From assembly GCF_009914755.1 (NCBI RefSeq), contig NC_060942.1: a stretch of 64,000 nucleotides of DNA; one strand, 5' to 3'. Positions 13,568 to 28,744 of this stretch are shown one piece after another. Position 1 is the first letter of the stretch. The number at the start of each line of letters is the position of its first letter. Source of the stretch: the human T2T-CHM13v2.0 reference genome, Homo sapiens. The notes below the pieces were generated by a model. That model had not been told where the DNA came from. It worked only from the letters and a program-made list of their open reading frames with translations, and did not search any database. The translations under genes were made by a program, and so were the position numbers.

Positions 13568-15299
13568 GTGCAATTCTTGGGGGCTGTTATTGGATGTCAA
13601 AATGATGGGTCTGAGGAAGTAGGCATCAGGCAGAAGAATATCTATTTTTGACAAGGACTGGTTCTTATAGCCTTTGTTTCCAAGACATTTTAAGAGAGGA
13701 TTCAGAAGGAACTTGCCCTAGACACATGTGGGCCTAAGTAGAATATGAGTTTTATTGACTCAAGGATAGCAGGGTGTAATTTATGGATTGAGTCAAATTT
13801 GATCACTGGTATATTCATCAGCATATCATAAAAGAAAGTCTTGCATTGGCATGACACTCTTCCACCATTTTTTTTTCTCTCCTGCATTGTTGGTGCTGAC
13901 TCTCCCTTGGGTTCCAGCTATTGTAATTTAGGTTTTCTCTAGGAAGATTAAGGTTGTGCTGAGAGTTGGTGGGGGGAATGAGATGAGCATTCCTGGCAGA
14001 GAGAACAGTATGAGCGAAAACACAGAGACATGATTTACGGAAGGTGAAAACCACTAAGTGGTAGAATGAGATGGATAATGTGTGTCTCAGCTGATGAAGG
14101 GTGACTGAAGAAATGAATTGTATATGTTGTATACAATGCCTTCTTTTTCCCCAGAATCCTTCTTGTTAGGTCCTTATTTTCAATTTTCTCGACATCAAGA
14201 ATGATTTATTTGTGATGCTCAATTAATTTGCAATTGAATCCAATCAATTCATTGATTCAATTAATATTTATTGAGGTTTTACTGGGTAGATTGTATTATA
14301 AATACTTATGTATTGCAAAAATGAGTAAGATGATAGATAATGTTATTTAATAAAGATGATAAACCATATATACAAATGATAGTGACGGACCCAATCATAT
14401 TTTTACCTTCAAACAGGGATTTTAACTAGTGGGTTTAAGTAGGATGGTTGCATTCCATTCAAAGAAGAAAGACTCGCCAGGCAGTGATGAGTATTTACAA
14501 AAATATTCAACATTATTACATGAATTTATACTCAGAAGCTAAACATTGTTATTATGTTTATCAAAAGGGAACATGGGTTAAAAATTGAGAAACTAACATT
14601 GTTATGGGTCTGAAAGTTTGAAAACATTTTTGTTTTCAGTTTCATTGAATTTCCACAACACACATGGTACTTCCATTTCATAAATGAATAAGTCACAGCC
14701 CAAATAGGTTAAGCAAGTTTTTCAAAACACAGATAATAAATGATAGGGATAGCACTTACCCCAGAGCTTCTGATGCCAAAGTGTGGGTTCCTTTTACAAA
14801 ACCCATCACACAACTTCCTAAGTGGTACACATTCATATTCATGTTTGAATTGAGAGGATGTCACAAAGATCAGGGCATCTGACAGGATAGTAGTAGAAGG
14901 TAGTCTGAGGTAGTGGAAACTGAAGCGGTGATGGGAGAACTACAAGCAGAGAGCAGGACAGGACATGAAGAAATGTACAATCAGAAATATCTGGGGAGTG
15001 ATGGGAGAATGTTTTAACTTGGCTGGTGTTTGTAGAGACATAGTGAGAGATAAGAGCAGATGGGAGCTTGTGGCTCAAGTTAATCTAGGGAAGCAGGGGC
15101 AATTTTTGAAAAGAGAATCAACAATCATCATGACATTTTAAGAAGGCAAATATGTCAGTGTTGCATGGGATAGATTCCATAAGGGGGGCATTTTTAGATG
15201 ACAAAATATCCCCTGAAGGTCTTAGCTAATGGTAATAGAAAAGGAGAAACATTGTGAGTATTATCCAAATGCCCACCTGGCCTTGCCCGTGGATTGCTG

Positions 15300-16260
15300 A
15301 GAGGCCTCTCAAACAGGATATTTCCACCAACCTCTCTCTTTCCCCTTGTCTTTCACAGTTTTGTTCCTCTACCTGTCTTCTCAATCTTAATAAGTTGTCT
15401 CATCATCGAAGTCACTCAAGCCAGGACACTGTTATCTTCAATTTCTGTTTTCCTGGCAGTGAGTCAGCAAACCCTGTTGTTTTCGTGTGTTAAATACATC
15501 TCATATCTATCCACCAATCTCCATCTTCTCTTTGACCACATTAGTCCAAACCTCCATCTTGCCTAAATTTTCCTACTGCTTCTGTTCCCCATCCAGCTAT
15601 GATAGATATATCTGTATTATATATGTAATATATATTAGGATAGACGTATATAAGACAGACATATCTATATTATATATGTAATATATTCTAATATATATAA
15701 ATAAATAAATATATAGAAATAAAATAACATGTTGCTCACCTGCCTAAAACAGTTTCATTATTTCCCATTTTCCTGGAAGTAAACTTCAGACTCCTCACTG
15801 TGGCCTTCAGGACCAGGAGGATGCAACCCTGAGCATCTCTTCAGCTTCCTTTCCTTTGCCCTCCTCTCTCCCAGCATTCCAGCCACTGCCTGCATTCTGG
15901 GATGCACACGGTGGGCATTTCCTACTCAGAACCTTCAGAGCTCTTCCTTCTCTTTGGAAACTGACAGCCTCATCCTCTTGCCCTCTTTGGAGAAGCCTTC
16001 CCTGATGTGTGAGTCAGGTCTGTTTCCTTTCTGTTACTGCATCATCACTCCCAGCTCTGTTTCTTTATAGCACTTGTTTTATATTATAATATTTTTTGTT
16101 AAGTAATTTACAGTTTTGTTTCAACTACCGAATTATCCATCTATGACGGCAAGAACACATCTGTTTTGTTCACTCCCTTGCACTTAGACCCAGGGCTTGG
16201 AACAGTGCATGTTCTACAGTGTATTCAAGTATATGTCGAATGACTGAATGAATGATTTGA
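15300..16260 (+). mobile_element. Degraded L2 LINE fragments with AT-rich insert
   Basis: CTCCTCACTGTGGCCTTCAGG, GAAGCCTTCCCTGA and a 3' end GAATGACTGAATGAATGA. Confidence 0.6.
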
Positions 16261-16354
16261 CAACTGATTGAATGTGGGAAGAAGGGATTCTATGGTTAGA
16301 ATTCTATGGTTAGAATTTTTAGGAGCCTCTAGGGCTCCTAAAAATGCAGCCTTC

Positions 16355-16546
16355 CCAGTGTTGTGCTGGTAAACTGGGTATCATCACAGCACTCCCTCAC
16401 CCCGAAAAGTCTTAATTTATAGTGATTGGGCATATTCAAGGTATAAATGACTCCACCATGGCCAATTTCAAGCTATCAATGAGATTGATGTTGCAGAACC
16501 TGACATTGGGAAGGGATGTCCACATCTGGATCTCCAGCACAGCATT
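16355..16546. mobile_element. MER63-like hAT-Blackjack MITE
   Basis: CCAGTGTTGTGCTGGTAAA ... CCACCATGGCCAATTTCAAGCTA ... TCCAGCACAGCA. Confidence 0.7.
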
Positions 16547-18459
16547 TAGTTTTCTCGACTTTCAAGGTCTCTTGTGGACTAACAGTTGTGCTGCTGGTGG
16601 TTTTAGAGGAAAAAGTTTAAAAACATCCTATGAACATTTTACATATTTGTAATAAACGTTTCATTACGATTTTCATAGAATGCCATTGCATTCTTAATAA
16701 TACTTTTACTCTTAAAAGCTGTGCATGAACTCTATGGATTCCACTGGTCTGTCTTATCTAACTTCCAATTTATAGGAAGTTATCTCAACCAGCATATTTT
16801 TATATTATTTGCATGGTATTATTCAGATTTGTTAAATTTGCATGTTGAGTTGTTAGTTTTGTGTTGTATCATACTCATAATTCACAAAAATGGATCAAAG
16901 GCTTGAAAGTGTTTCATTGAGGAATAAAAATAGTGAGGAAAATAGCAATGCATATATTAAAATCAAAATAATTTCATAAATGCAAATAGTAACTGGGTTT
17001 CTAGGTAAATATAAAATGTGAATCTATGTATGCTCATAAATGTTGACTTTTTGAGTGTGAAGATTTTGAACAAGCAGTCGAAAGGTCATGTGTGAATGCC
17101 CTAACAGTAGATTTTTTAAGATATAGAATCCATTTATCCCTGTTTATTGTGGCATGATGTCTGGGCTAGAATTCTTTCAAAGTGTGGCACCAATCCATAC
17201 AAACTTTGAGGCGTTTTAAAAACAAAACCCCATTACCTTTTTTTGGTAAGGCAATTGCAGATATTTAGAATAACAAAAAATTAAATATTTTCAATTTTTA
17301 AAATGGACTTTTTTTTCTCCCTCAGTAGTGGTAGAGAAATGACCAGTGCTACAGAGAGATTATGGAAAGGTGAATTCCTTAAAGAAAAATGCGTGCAATT
17401 TACAAACTTGACTGACAAGATGCTTGTAAAACCAGCTATAAAAATTGATTGGTTTTCATCCAGGGAACATGGCAATCAAGCCATTGACAAAATTCCATGA
17501 TCAAACATTAGAATCAGTGTTGGAGGTTGCATAGTACCAGTGGCTGACACTGGAAAATCAAGGACTGTCATGCACATGTGCTCATAGATCTACGCTTCAT
17601 GTCTGACATGAAGTACCAAGTATAGATGAGGGGAGACAGCTGGATAATTTTTATTTGTTTTTTCTTTTACTGAAAATATATACAATAAAAATTTTGTTGT
17701 TTAGTTAATCATTACTTTGTGAGCTGTGCTGGAGCCTGGAAAAGGATCAGTGGCACTAGTATTTTTTTTTTTAACTTTTATTTTTGGTTCTTGGGGACAT
17801 GTGGAGGTTTGTTACATAGGTAAATTTGTGGCATGGGGGTTGTACAGATTACTTCATCACCCAGGTATTAAGCCTAGTATCCATCAGTTATTTTTCCTGC
17901 TTCTCTCCCTTTTCTCACCCTTCACCCTCAGGTAGGCCCCAGTGTGTGCTTTTCCCTCTTTGTGTTCATGAGTTCTCATTTAGCTCTCACTTACAAGTGA
18001 GAACATGTGTTATCCGGTTTTCTGTTTCTGCGTTAGCTTGCTAAAGATAATGGCCTCCAGCTCCATCCATGTTCCCTCAAAAGACATGATCTCATTCTTT
18101 CTTATGGCTTCATAGTATTCCATGGTGTATATGTACCATATTTTCTTGTTCCAATCTGTCATTGATAGGTATTTAGATTGATTGCATGTCTTTGCTATTG
18201 TTAATAGTGCTGGAATGAATATATGTGTGGATGTATCTTTATGGCAGAATTATTTCTATTCCTTTGGGTATATACTCAGTAATGGGATTGCTGGGTTGAA
18301 TGGTAGTTCTGTTTTTAGCTCCTTGAGGAATCACCATACTGCTTTCCACAATGATTGAACTAATTTACACTCTCACCAACAGTGTACAAGTGTTCCTCTT
18401 TCTCTGCAAACTTGCCAGCATCTGTTATTTTTTTGACTTTTTAACAGTAGCCATTCTGA

Positions 18460-18762
<303 letters not shown>

Positions 18763-18878
18763 AATAATAGCCATTCTGACTAGTGTGAGATGGTATCTCA
18801 TTGTGGTTTTGATTAGCATTTCTCTAATGATCAGTGACACTGAGCTTTTTTTCATATGCTTGTTGGCCACATATATAT

Positions 18879-21800
18879 TGATATAGTTTGGCTGTGTATG
18901 CACCCAAATCTCATCCGGAATTGTAGCTCCCATAATCCCCACATATTGTGGGAGGGGCCCAGTGTGAGGTAATTGCATCATGGAGGCAGGTTTTTCCTAT
19001 GCTGTTCTCATGATAGTGCATAAGTCTCACAAGAACTGATGGTTTTATAAAAGGGCAGTTCCCTGGCACATGCTCTCTTGTTGCCTGCCATGTAAGATGT
19101 GCCTTTGCTTTTCCTTCATCTTCCTCCATGATTGTGAGACCTCCTCAGCCATATCAAGATGTGAGTCTATTAAATCACTTTTTCTTTATAAATTGCCCAG
19201 TCTCAGGTATTTCTTCCAGGCAGTTTGAAAATGGACTAATATAGTAAATTTGTGCTGAGAGTGGGATACTGCTATTAAGATACCTGAAAATGTGGAAGTG
19301 ATTTTGGAACTGGGTAACAGGCGAATGTTGGAACAGTTTGGAGCCCTCAGAAGAAGACAGGAAGATGTGGGAAAGTTTGGAGCTTTCTAGAGACTTGTTG
19401 AGTGGTTTTGACCAAACAGTCCAGGCTGAAGTGGTCTCAGATGGAGATGAGGAACTTATTGGGAACTGGAGTGAAGGTGATTCTAGCTACGCTTTAGCAA
19501 AGAGACTGGTGGCATTTTGCCTCTGTCCTAGAGAACTGTAGAACTTTGAACTTGAGAGAGATGATTTAGGGTATCTGGTGGGAGAAATTTCTAAGCAGTG
19601 AAAAGTTCAAGAGGAAGCAGAGCAAAAAAGTTTGAAAAATTTGCAGCCTGATGATGCAATAGAAAAGAAAAACCATTTTCTGGGGAGAAATTCAAGCTGG
19701 CAGCAGAAATTTGCATAAGTAATGAGGAGTAGAATGTTATTCACCAAGACAATGGAGAAAATGTCTCCAGGGCATGCCAGAGACCTTCATGGCAGCCCCT
19801 CCCATCACAGTGGGCCTAGGAGGGAAAAATGGTTTCCTGGGCCAGGTCCAGGGCCCCCCTGCTATGTGCAGCCTTGGGACTTTGTGTTCTGCATCCCATC
19901 CGCTTCATCTGTGGCTAAATGGGGTCAATGTACAGCTTGTACTGTGGATTCAGAGGATACAAGCCCCAGGCCTTGGCAGCTTCCATGTGGTGTTGGTCCT
20001 GTGGGTGTGCAGAAGGCAAGAATTAAAGTGTGGGAACATCTGCCTAGATTTCAGAGGATGTATGGAAATGCCTGGATGTCTAGGCAGAGGTGTGCTGCAG
20101 GGGCGGAGACCTTGTGGAGAACCTCTGCTAGGGCACTGTGGAGGGGAAATGTGGGGTGGGAGCCCCTACACAGAGTCTCAACTGGGGCACTGCCTAGTGG
20201 AGCTGTGAGACGAGGGCCACTGTCCCCCAGACCCCAGAATGGTAGATCCACTGACAGCTTGCACCATGTGCCTGGAAAAGCCACAGAAGACTCAATGACA
20301 GCCATGAAAACAGCCAGGAGTGGGCCTGTACCCTGAAAAGCCCAGTAGCAGAGCTGCCCAAGACCATGGGGACCCACCTCTAGCATCAGTATCCCCTGGA
20401 TGTGAGACATGGAGTCAAAGGAGATAATTCTGGAGCTTGAAGATTTGACTGCCCTGCTGGGTTTTGGACTTGCATGGGGCCTCTAGCCCCTTCATTTTAG
20501 CCAATTTCTCCCACTTGGAGCAGGTGTATTTACCCAATGCCTGTATCCTCATTGTATATAGGAAGTAACTAACTTGCTTTTGATTTTACAGGCTCATGGT
20601 GGAAGGGACTTGCCTTGTCTCAGATAAGACTTTGGACTGTGGACTTTTGAGTTAATGCTGAAATGAGTTTAGACTTTGGGGGACTGTTGGGAAGGCATGA
20701 TTGGTTTTGAAATGTGAGGACATGAAATTTGGGAGAGGCCAGGGGATGAATGATATGGTTTGGTTGTGTCCCCCCCAAATATCATCTTGAATTGTAGCTC
20801 CCACAATCCCTACATGTTATGGGAGGGACCCAGAGGAAGATAATTGAATCATGTAGGGAAAAGAAAGATCAGACTGTCACTGTGCCTATGTAGAAAGGGA
20901 AGACATAAGAGACTTCATTTTGAAAAAGACCTGTACTTTAAACAATTGCTTTGCTGAGATGTTGTTAATATGTAGCTTTGCCCCAACCACTTTGCCCCAG
21001 CCACTTTGACCCAACCTGGAGCTCACAAAAACATGTGTTCTATAAAATTAAGGTTTAAGGGATCTAGGGCTGTGCAGGACGTGCCTTGGTAACAAAATGT
21101 TTACAAGCAGTATACTTGGTAAAAGTCATTGCCATTCTCTAGTCTCAATAAACCAGGGGCACAATGCACTGTGGAAAGCCACAGGGACCTCTGCCCTTGG
21201 AAGCAGGGTATTGTCCAAGGTTTCTCCCCATGTGATAGTCTGAAATATGGCCTCGTGGGATGAGAAAGACCTGACTGTCCCCCAGCCCGACACCCGTAAA
21301 GGGTCTGTGCTGAGGTGGATTAGTAAAAGAGGAAAGCCTCTTGCAGTTGAGATGGAGGAAGGCCACCGTCTCCTGCTTGCCCCTGGGAACTGAGTATCTC
21401 CGTGTAAAACCCGATTGTACATTTGTTCTACTCTGAGATAGGAGAAAAGCTGCCCTGTGGCGGGAGGCAAGACATGTTTGCAGTAATGCTGTCTTGTTAT
21501 TCTTTACTCCGCTGAGAAGTTTGGGTGGAGAGAAACATAAATCTGGACTACGTGCACGTCCAGGCATAGTACCTTCCCTTGAACTTAATTATGATATAGA
21601 TTCTTTTGCTTACATGTTTTTTGTTGACCTTCTTATTATCACCCTGCTCTCCTACTACATTCCTTTTTGCTGAAATAATGAAAATAATAATCAATAAAAA
21701 CTGAGGGAACTCAAAGGCTGGTGCCGGTGCAGGTCCTTGGTGTGCTGAGTGCCGGTCCCCTGGGCCCACTGTTGTTTCTCTATACTTTGTCTCTGTGTCT

Positions 21801-22154
21801 TATTTCTTTTCTCAGTCTCTCGTCCCACCCAACTAGAAATACCCACGGGTGTGGAGGGGCAGGTCACCCCTTCAAATCATTGGGGTGGATTTTTCCCATG
21901 CTATTCTTGTGATAGTGAATAAGTCTCCTGAGAACTGATGATTTTATAAAAGGGCAATTCCCCTGCACACCCTCTTTTTTGCCTGCCACCGTGTAAGATG
22001 TACCTTTGCTCTTCCTTCGCCTTCCACCATGATTGTGAGGCCTCCCCAGCCATGTGGAACTGTGAGTCCATGTGAGTTACAGGTGCCTGTTTTTCTTTCT
22101 AAATTACCCAGTCTTGGATATTTCTTCATAGTAGTATGAAAATAGACTAATACA
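18879..22154 (+). mobile_element. Full-length THE1B/C MaLR: LTR (18879-19243), internal (19244-20750), LTR (20751-22154, split by LTR5A)
   Basis: Two TGATA...AATA(C/T)A LTRs flanking a THE1-int sequence; 5-bp TSD TATAT at 18874-18878 and 22155-22159; L1 sequence resumes on both sides. Confidence 0.93.
20852..21874 (+). mobile_element. HERV-K(HML-2) LTR5A-type solo LTR
   Basis: TGTAGGGAAAAGAAAG...CAGGGACCTCTGCCC...GTCCAAGGTTTCTCCCCATGTGATAGTCTGAAATATGGCCTCGTGGGA...CACCCCTTCA; ~1 kb; TSD AATCA at 20847-20851 and 21875-21879; AATAAA at 21693-21698. Confidence 0.9.
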
Positions 22155-22846
22155 TATATTTTCTTTTGAAAAGTGTCTGTTCATGTCCTTTTCCCACTTT
22201 TTAATGGGGTTGTTTGTTTTTTCTCATAAATTTAAGTTTCTTATAGATGCTGTTAGACCTTTGTCAGATGCTTAGTTTATAAAATATTTTTCCCATTCTG
22301 TAGATTGTCTATTTACTCTGTTGATAGTTTCTTGTGCTGTGCAGAAGCTCTTTTGTTTAATTAGATCCCATTTGTCAATTTTTGCTTTTGTTGCAATTGC
22401 TCTTGGTGGCTTCATCATGAAACCTTTGCCCATTCCTCTGTCTAGAATGGTACTGCCTCAGTTGCTGTCCAAGGTTTTTATAGTTTTGGGTTTTACATTT
22501 AAGCCTTTAATCTATCTTGAGTTGATTTTTGTAAATGGTGTAGGGAAGGGGTCCAGTTTTAATCTTCTGCATATCACTAGCCAATTATCTCAAAACAATT
22601 TATTGAATAGGGAGTCCTTTCCCCATAGCTTGTTTTTGTTAGCTTTGTCAAAGATCAGATGGTCATAGTTGTGTGGCCTTATTTCTTGGTTCTCTATTCT
22701 GTTCCATTGGTCGGTGTGTCTGTTTTGTACCAGTACAATGCTATTTGGGTTACTGTAGCCCTGTAGTATAGTTTGAAGTTTGGTAACATTATGTCTCTAG
22801 CTTTGTTCTTTTTGCTTAGGATTGTTTTGGCTATTCTGGCTTTTAA

Positions 22847-23161
<315 letters not shown>

Positions 23162-26100
23162 TAAAATAGTTTTTTCTAGTGCTGTGAAAAATTTTGTTGG
23201 TAGTTTGATAGGAATGGAATTGAATCTGTAAATTGCTTTGGGTAGTATGGCCATGTTAATGCTGTTGATTCTTCCTATCCATGAACATGGAATGTTTTTT
23301 CATTTGTTTGTGTCATCTCTGATTTCTTTGAGCAGTGTCTTGTAGTTCTTATTGTAGAGATCTTTTACCTCTGTGATAAGCTGTATTTCCTAGGTATTTT
23401 ATTCTTCTTGTGGCAGTTGTGAATGAGATTGTATTTGACTTGGCTCTCAGCTTGGCTGTTGTTGGTGTGTAGCAATGTTAGTGATTTTTGTACATTGATT
23501 TTGTATTCTGAAATTTTGCTGAAGTTGTTTATCAGCTGAAGGAGCTTTTGGGCTGAGACTATGGGGTTTTCTAGATATAGGATCATGTCATCTACAAACA
23601 GGGAGAGTTTGACTTCCTGTGTCCTTATTTGGATGACCTTTATTTCTTTCTCTTGCCTGATTGTTCTGGCCAGGACTTCCAACACTATGTTGAAGAAGAG
23701 TGGTGAGAGACAGCATCCTTTCCTTGCACTGGTTTTTAAGGGGAATGCTTCCAGCTTTTCCCCATTCAGTATAATGTTGGCTGTGGATTTGTAATAGATA
23801 GCTCTTATTATTTTGAGGTATGTTCCTTCAATACCTAGTTCATTGAGAGTTTTTAACATGAAGGTTTGTTGGATTTTATCAGAAGCCTTTTTTTTGCATC
23901 TGTTGGGATAATCATGTGATTTTTGTCTTTAGTTCTGTTCAGGTGGTGAATCACAGTTACTGATTTGCATATGTTGAACCAACCTTGCATCCTTGGGATT
24001 AGCCTTTTGATGTGCTGCTGGATTCAGTTTGCAAGTTTTTTTGTTGTTTTTGTTGAGGATTTTTGCATCAATGTTCATCAAGGATATTGGCCCAAAGTTT
24101 TCCTTTTTTTTGTTGTGTCTCTGCCAGGTTTTGGTATCAGGATGATGCTGGCCTCATAGGATGAGTTGGGGAGGAATCCCTCCTCCTCAATTTTTTGGAA
24201 TAGTTTATGTAGGAATGCTATTAGTTCTTCTTTGTACATCTGGTAGAATTTGGCTGTGAATTCATCTGGTCCTGGGCTGTTTTTGGTTGATAGGCTATTT
24301 ATTACTGATTCGATTTTGGAGCTTATTATTGATCTCTTCAGGGAATCAATTTTTTCCTGGTTCAGTCTTGGAAGGGTGTATGTTTCCAGGAATTTATCCA
24401 TCTCTTTTAGGTTTTCTAGTTTGTATGCATAGAGGTGTCCATAGTAGATTCTTCCGGTTATTTTTATTTCTGTGCGGTCAGTGGTAACATCCCCTTTGTT
24501 ATTTCTAATTGTGTTTGTTTGGATCATCTCTCTTTTCTTCTTTATTAGTCTAGCTAGTGGCCTGTCTATCTTATTAATTTTTTTCAAAACACAAACTCCT
24601 GGATTTGTTGATCTTCTGAATGGTTTTTCGTGTCTCAATTTTCTACAGTTCAGCTCTGATTTTGGTTATTTCTTGTCTTCTGCTCACTTTGTAGTTGGTT
24701 TGCTCTTGCTTTTCTAGTTGTTTCAGTTGTGATATTAGGTTGTTAATTTGAGATCTTTCTAACTTTTTGATGTGGATGTTTTGCACTATGAGTTTCCATC
24801 TTAACACTGCCTTAGCTGTGTCCCAGAGATTCTCATATGTTATAGCTTTGCTCTCATTAGTTTCCAAGAACTCTTGATTTCTCCCTTAATTTCATTTTTT
24901 ATTCAAAAGTCATTCAGGAGGATGTTGTTTAATTTCCATGTAATTGATGGTTTTGAGCAATTTTTTTAGTCCTGTTCTATTTTTATTTTGCTGTGGTCTG
25001 AGAATGTGTTTGGTATGATTTTGGTTCTTTTGCATTTGCTGAGGATTGTTTTATATTTGATTACGTGGTCAGTGTGCTATGTGGTGATGAGAAGAATGTA
25101 TATTCTGTTGTTTTTGGGTGGAAAGTTCTGTAGAGCTCTATCAGATCCATTTGGTCCAATGTTGAGTTCAGCCTCTAAATACCTTCGTTAACTTTCTGTC
25201 TTGATGTTCTGTCTGATACTGTCAATGGAGTTTTGAGGTTTCCCACTATTATTATGTGTGAGTCTATGTCTCTTTAAAGGTCTCTAAGAACTTGTTTTAT
25301 GAATCTGGGTGCTCCTATGTTGGGTGCATATATATTGGTGATAGTTGGGATCTGCTTTTTATGATTTCCATTTGCTTGGTAGATTTTTTCTCCATCTCTT
25401 TATTTTGAGCCTATGGGTGTCATTATGTGTGAGATCGGTTTCTTGAAGACAGGATACCATTGGGTCTTGCTTTTTTATTCAGCTTGCCACTCTGTGCCTT
25501 TTAAGCGGGGGCATTTAGCCCATTTACATTCAAGTTTTGTATTGATATGAGTGGTTTTGATCCTGTCCTTGTGTTTTTAGCTGGTTATTATGTTGATTTA
25601 TAGTGTGACTGGTCTGTGTATTTAAGTGTGTTCTTGTATTTGCTGGTAATGGTCTTTCCTTTCTATATTTAGTTCTCCTTTAAAGATCTTTTGTAAGCAG
25701 ATCTGGTGGTAACAAACTCCCTCAAAATTTGCTTATCTGAAAAGGATTTCTTCTTCACGTAGGAAGCTTAGTTTGGCTGGCTATTCTTGGTTATTTTTTT
25801 TTTCTTTAAGAATGTTGACTATAGGCCCCTAGTTTCTTCTGGCTTGTAGGGTTTCAGCTGGGGGGTGGACTGCTAGCCTGATGGTGTTCCCTTTGTAGGC
25901 AATCTGCCCTTTTTCTCTAGCTGCCTCTACCATTCTTTCATTTCAACCTTGGAAAGTCTGATGATTACGTGTTTTAAGGATGATCTTCTTGAGTAGAATC
26001 TTGCAGGAGTTCTCTATTTCCTGAATTTGACTGTTGGCCTCTCCAGCGAGACTGGGGAAGTTTTCATAGATGATATCCTGAAATATGTTTTCCAAGTTGT

Positions 26101-26521
26101 TTGCTTTCTCCCCTTCCTTTTCAGGGACACCAGTGGTTGGTAGATTTGCCTTCTTTATATAATTCCATATTTTTCAGAGGTTTTGTTCATTCCTTTTCAT
26201 TCTAATTTCTTTATTTTCATTTGACTGTCTTATTTCAGAGAGGCAGTCTTTAATTTCTTAGATTCCTTCCTCAGCGTGGTCTATTCCACTATTGATATTT
26301 GCAATTGCATTGTGAAATTCTTGTAGTGTTTTTCAGTTTTGTGAGATCCATTAGGATCTGGCTATGCCATTTTTCAGCTTCTGTATCATTTTATTGTGAT
26401 ATTTAGTTTCCTTGGATTGGGTTTTGCTATTCTGAATCTTGAGGATCTTTGTTCCTATCCATATTCTGAATTATATTTCTGTCTTTTCAGCCAACTGAAC
26501 TTGGTTAAGAACTCTTGTTGG

Positions 26522-26842
<321 letters not shown>

Positions 26843-28744
26843 CTACTGCATTACCTGAGTTCTTGCATTGGTTCTTTCTCATCTCTGCATGTGGGTGTTC
26901 CTTTAACTGCCGTGTATATTGAGTACAGTCAATAGACTTCTTTTCTGGATGTTTTCACAGGGATGAGGCTTTTTGTGCAGCATCTTTATTTGTAGCTGAC
27001 TGCTTGTCTTTGGTTTCACAGTAGGGTATGTTAGTGAGGTATTTTGGGGGTTGAAGCTTTGGAGTGTGATTCAGTAGGTGGTGCTTAGGCATATCGGTCA
27101 GTTGTTAGGCTGTTGCTCAGTTGTGTGGCTTCCCTATATTTCCTTACTGTTGCAGCCACACTCCCTCTCAGTGCTCTGAAATTTTGGCTCTTCTCTCACT
27201 TGAGTGCTGGCTGTAGATTGCAGCTTGGCACTCCTGAGCTACCCACCACAGCTCTGGGGTGATCTCAGGGTTTATGTTCCCTCCCCAACTTGGAGGCAGC
27301 AGAGGAAGGGACATTAGTAGTGGTTGTGTCCAAGGGTCTTTTGCTTGTCTCCTGGGGACTCCACCCCAGAGAAATGCAGGTCGTCAATCACTCAGTGCAA
27401 TCAGTCCAGGATGGAGAGTCTGTGCTGTGGGCCCAAGCCAGGGGTTCCCTGCATGGGTACTAGTATTTTTAAGATGGCTGAAATATGTTCAATGAACAAG
27501 GGCTTTTATATAAAAATAAAGTGATTCCACCAATAGTCAGTGTTTATTCAAAGAGAAAGGTTCATAGTCAACAACATGACTCTGGTTGTTAAAGGAAATA
27601 GTGAAAATTGCGGAGAAGATAAAATCTTAGACATAAGGTGTTTTTTATTTACAGTATTTTGAGTGAGGGAGTGGGCTATGAAACTGCATTTAAAAACACC
27701 AAAATACATTGCTAATAGAAAAGCTGTTTGCATAAATTTACACGGAGGTAAAATCACTTCTTCATGTTGTTGATAAAACCGGTAAAGATGATTTTGTGAT
27801 ATGTGGTGGTTTGGGAATATATTACTATTTGGCCTAGCCTGAACCTGTCACCTACAACTGAATGATTACAGTTTTCACCATTGAGGTTGTAATATTAGGA
27901 ATTATTAGAGACCAAACTTGGGCACACTGGGAGCTTAACTCTTTTCCATACTTGATGATTTTCTTCACTACTCAGAAAATGAAATCAATGAGATGTTACT
28001 GGGAATATTTATAAACCACATCCTAATGCTGCCACAGATAATGAAAGAATACTTCGCAGAGTCAAGTCAATCCAAGAGAGGATGAGGAATTTATTTTCCA
28101 TGATTTCCTAAATTCACATAACTCAAACTTCCAGCTTTTGAATCTGAGAGGCCTTCCATTTAGCATCTCTCCAATCCTGTAAGTGATTTTTCTTAGCAAT
28201 TTCTGTACAACTTCTGCATCCATGATCATGATTAAGCTGAATGTATAGAACTAGCTGAGAGTCACCAGTCACTGACTCCCAAGAGGACCATGAATTTGTA
28301 TCAGAAGGTTCTATTTACCAAATGTAGAGTAACTAGCTGTCCTGTGAATCGGGCAGTCTACTGGACTGGATTTCATGCTTTTCAATGGCAGGAAAGAGAG
28401 ATTATTTCACAATTAATGTTAGTCTTAAATATTGTTATAACTTTTCTTAAGATTGTACTAAACATGGCAGTCCCTATATGCACCAAAAACCCATTAACAG
28501 TGTGCAGATGTCTGAAGTGTGAGAAGCACCGTTCACAACTGTTATTTCCAAATGGTGAGTATGACAGCAGGAAAACTATGGTTTATATTACACTTTAAGC
28601 ATTTCTGTTTTGTATTTGATTTGTAATGTGCACAGTATTGAGTACAGTGATAAGTCTATACGCTTATGTGAATATACATAGAATGCAAGTACATGCTTAA
28701 AAGTTTTTTTATGGTAGGGACCCATAATCAAAAAGTTTGAACAC

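Noticed and set aside
16287-16316. Short tandem duplication ATTCTATGGTTAGA x2 (similar micro-duplications near 38370 and 55000)
   Set aside because: Ordinary replication-slippage duplications with no evident functional motif.
17303-17500. Exon-like 65-aa ORF after a polypyrimidine-AG
   Set aside because: No recognisable homology, no clear partner exons; insufficient support.
19722-20336. 204-aa ORF
   Set aside because: Lies within the THE1 internal region; a disrupted remnant of the MaLR ORF, not a host gene.
23365-24867. Reverse transcriptase/endonuclease-like ORFs
   Set aside because: Fragmented L1 ORF2 with stops, frameshifts and insertions; not an active element or a novel RT system.
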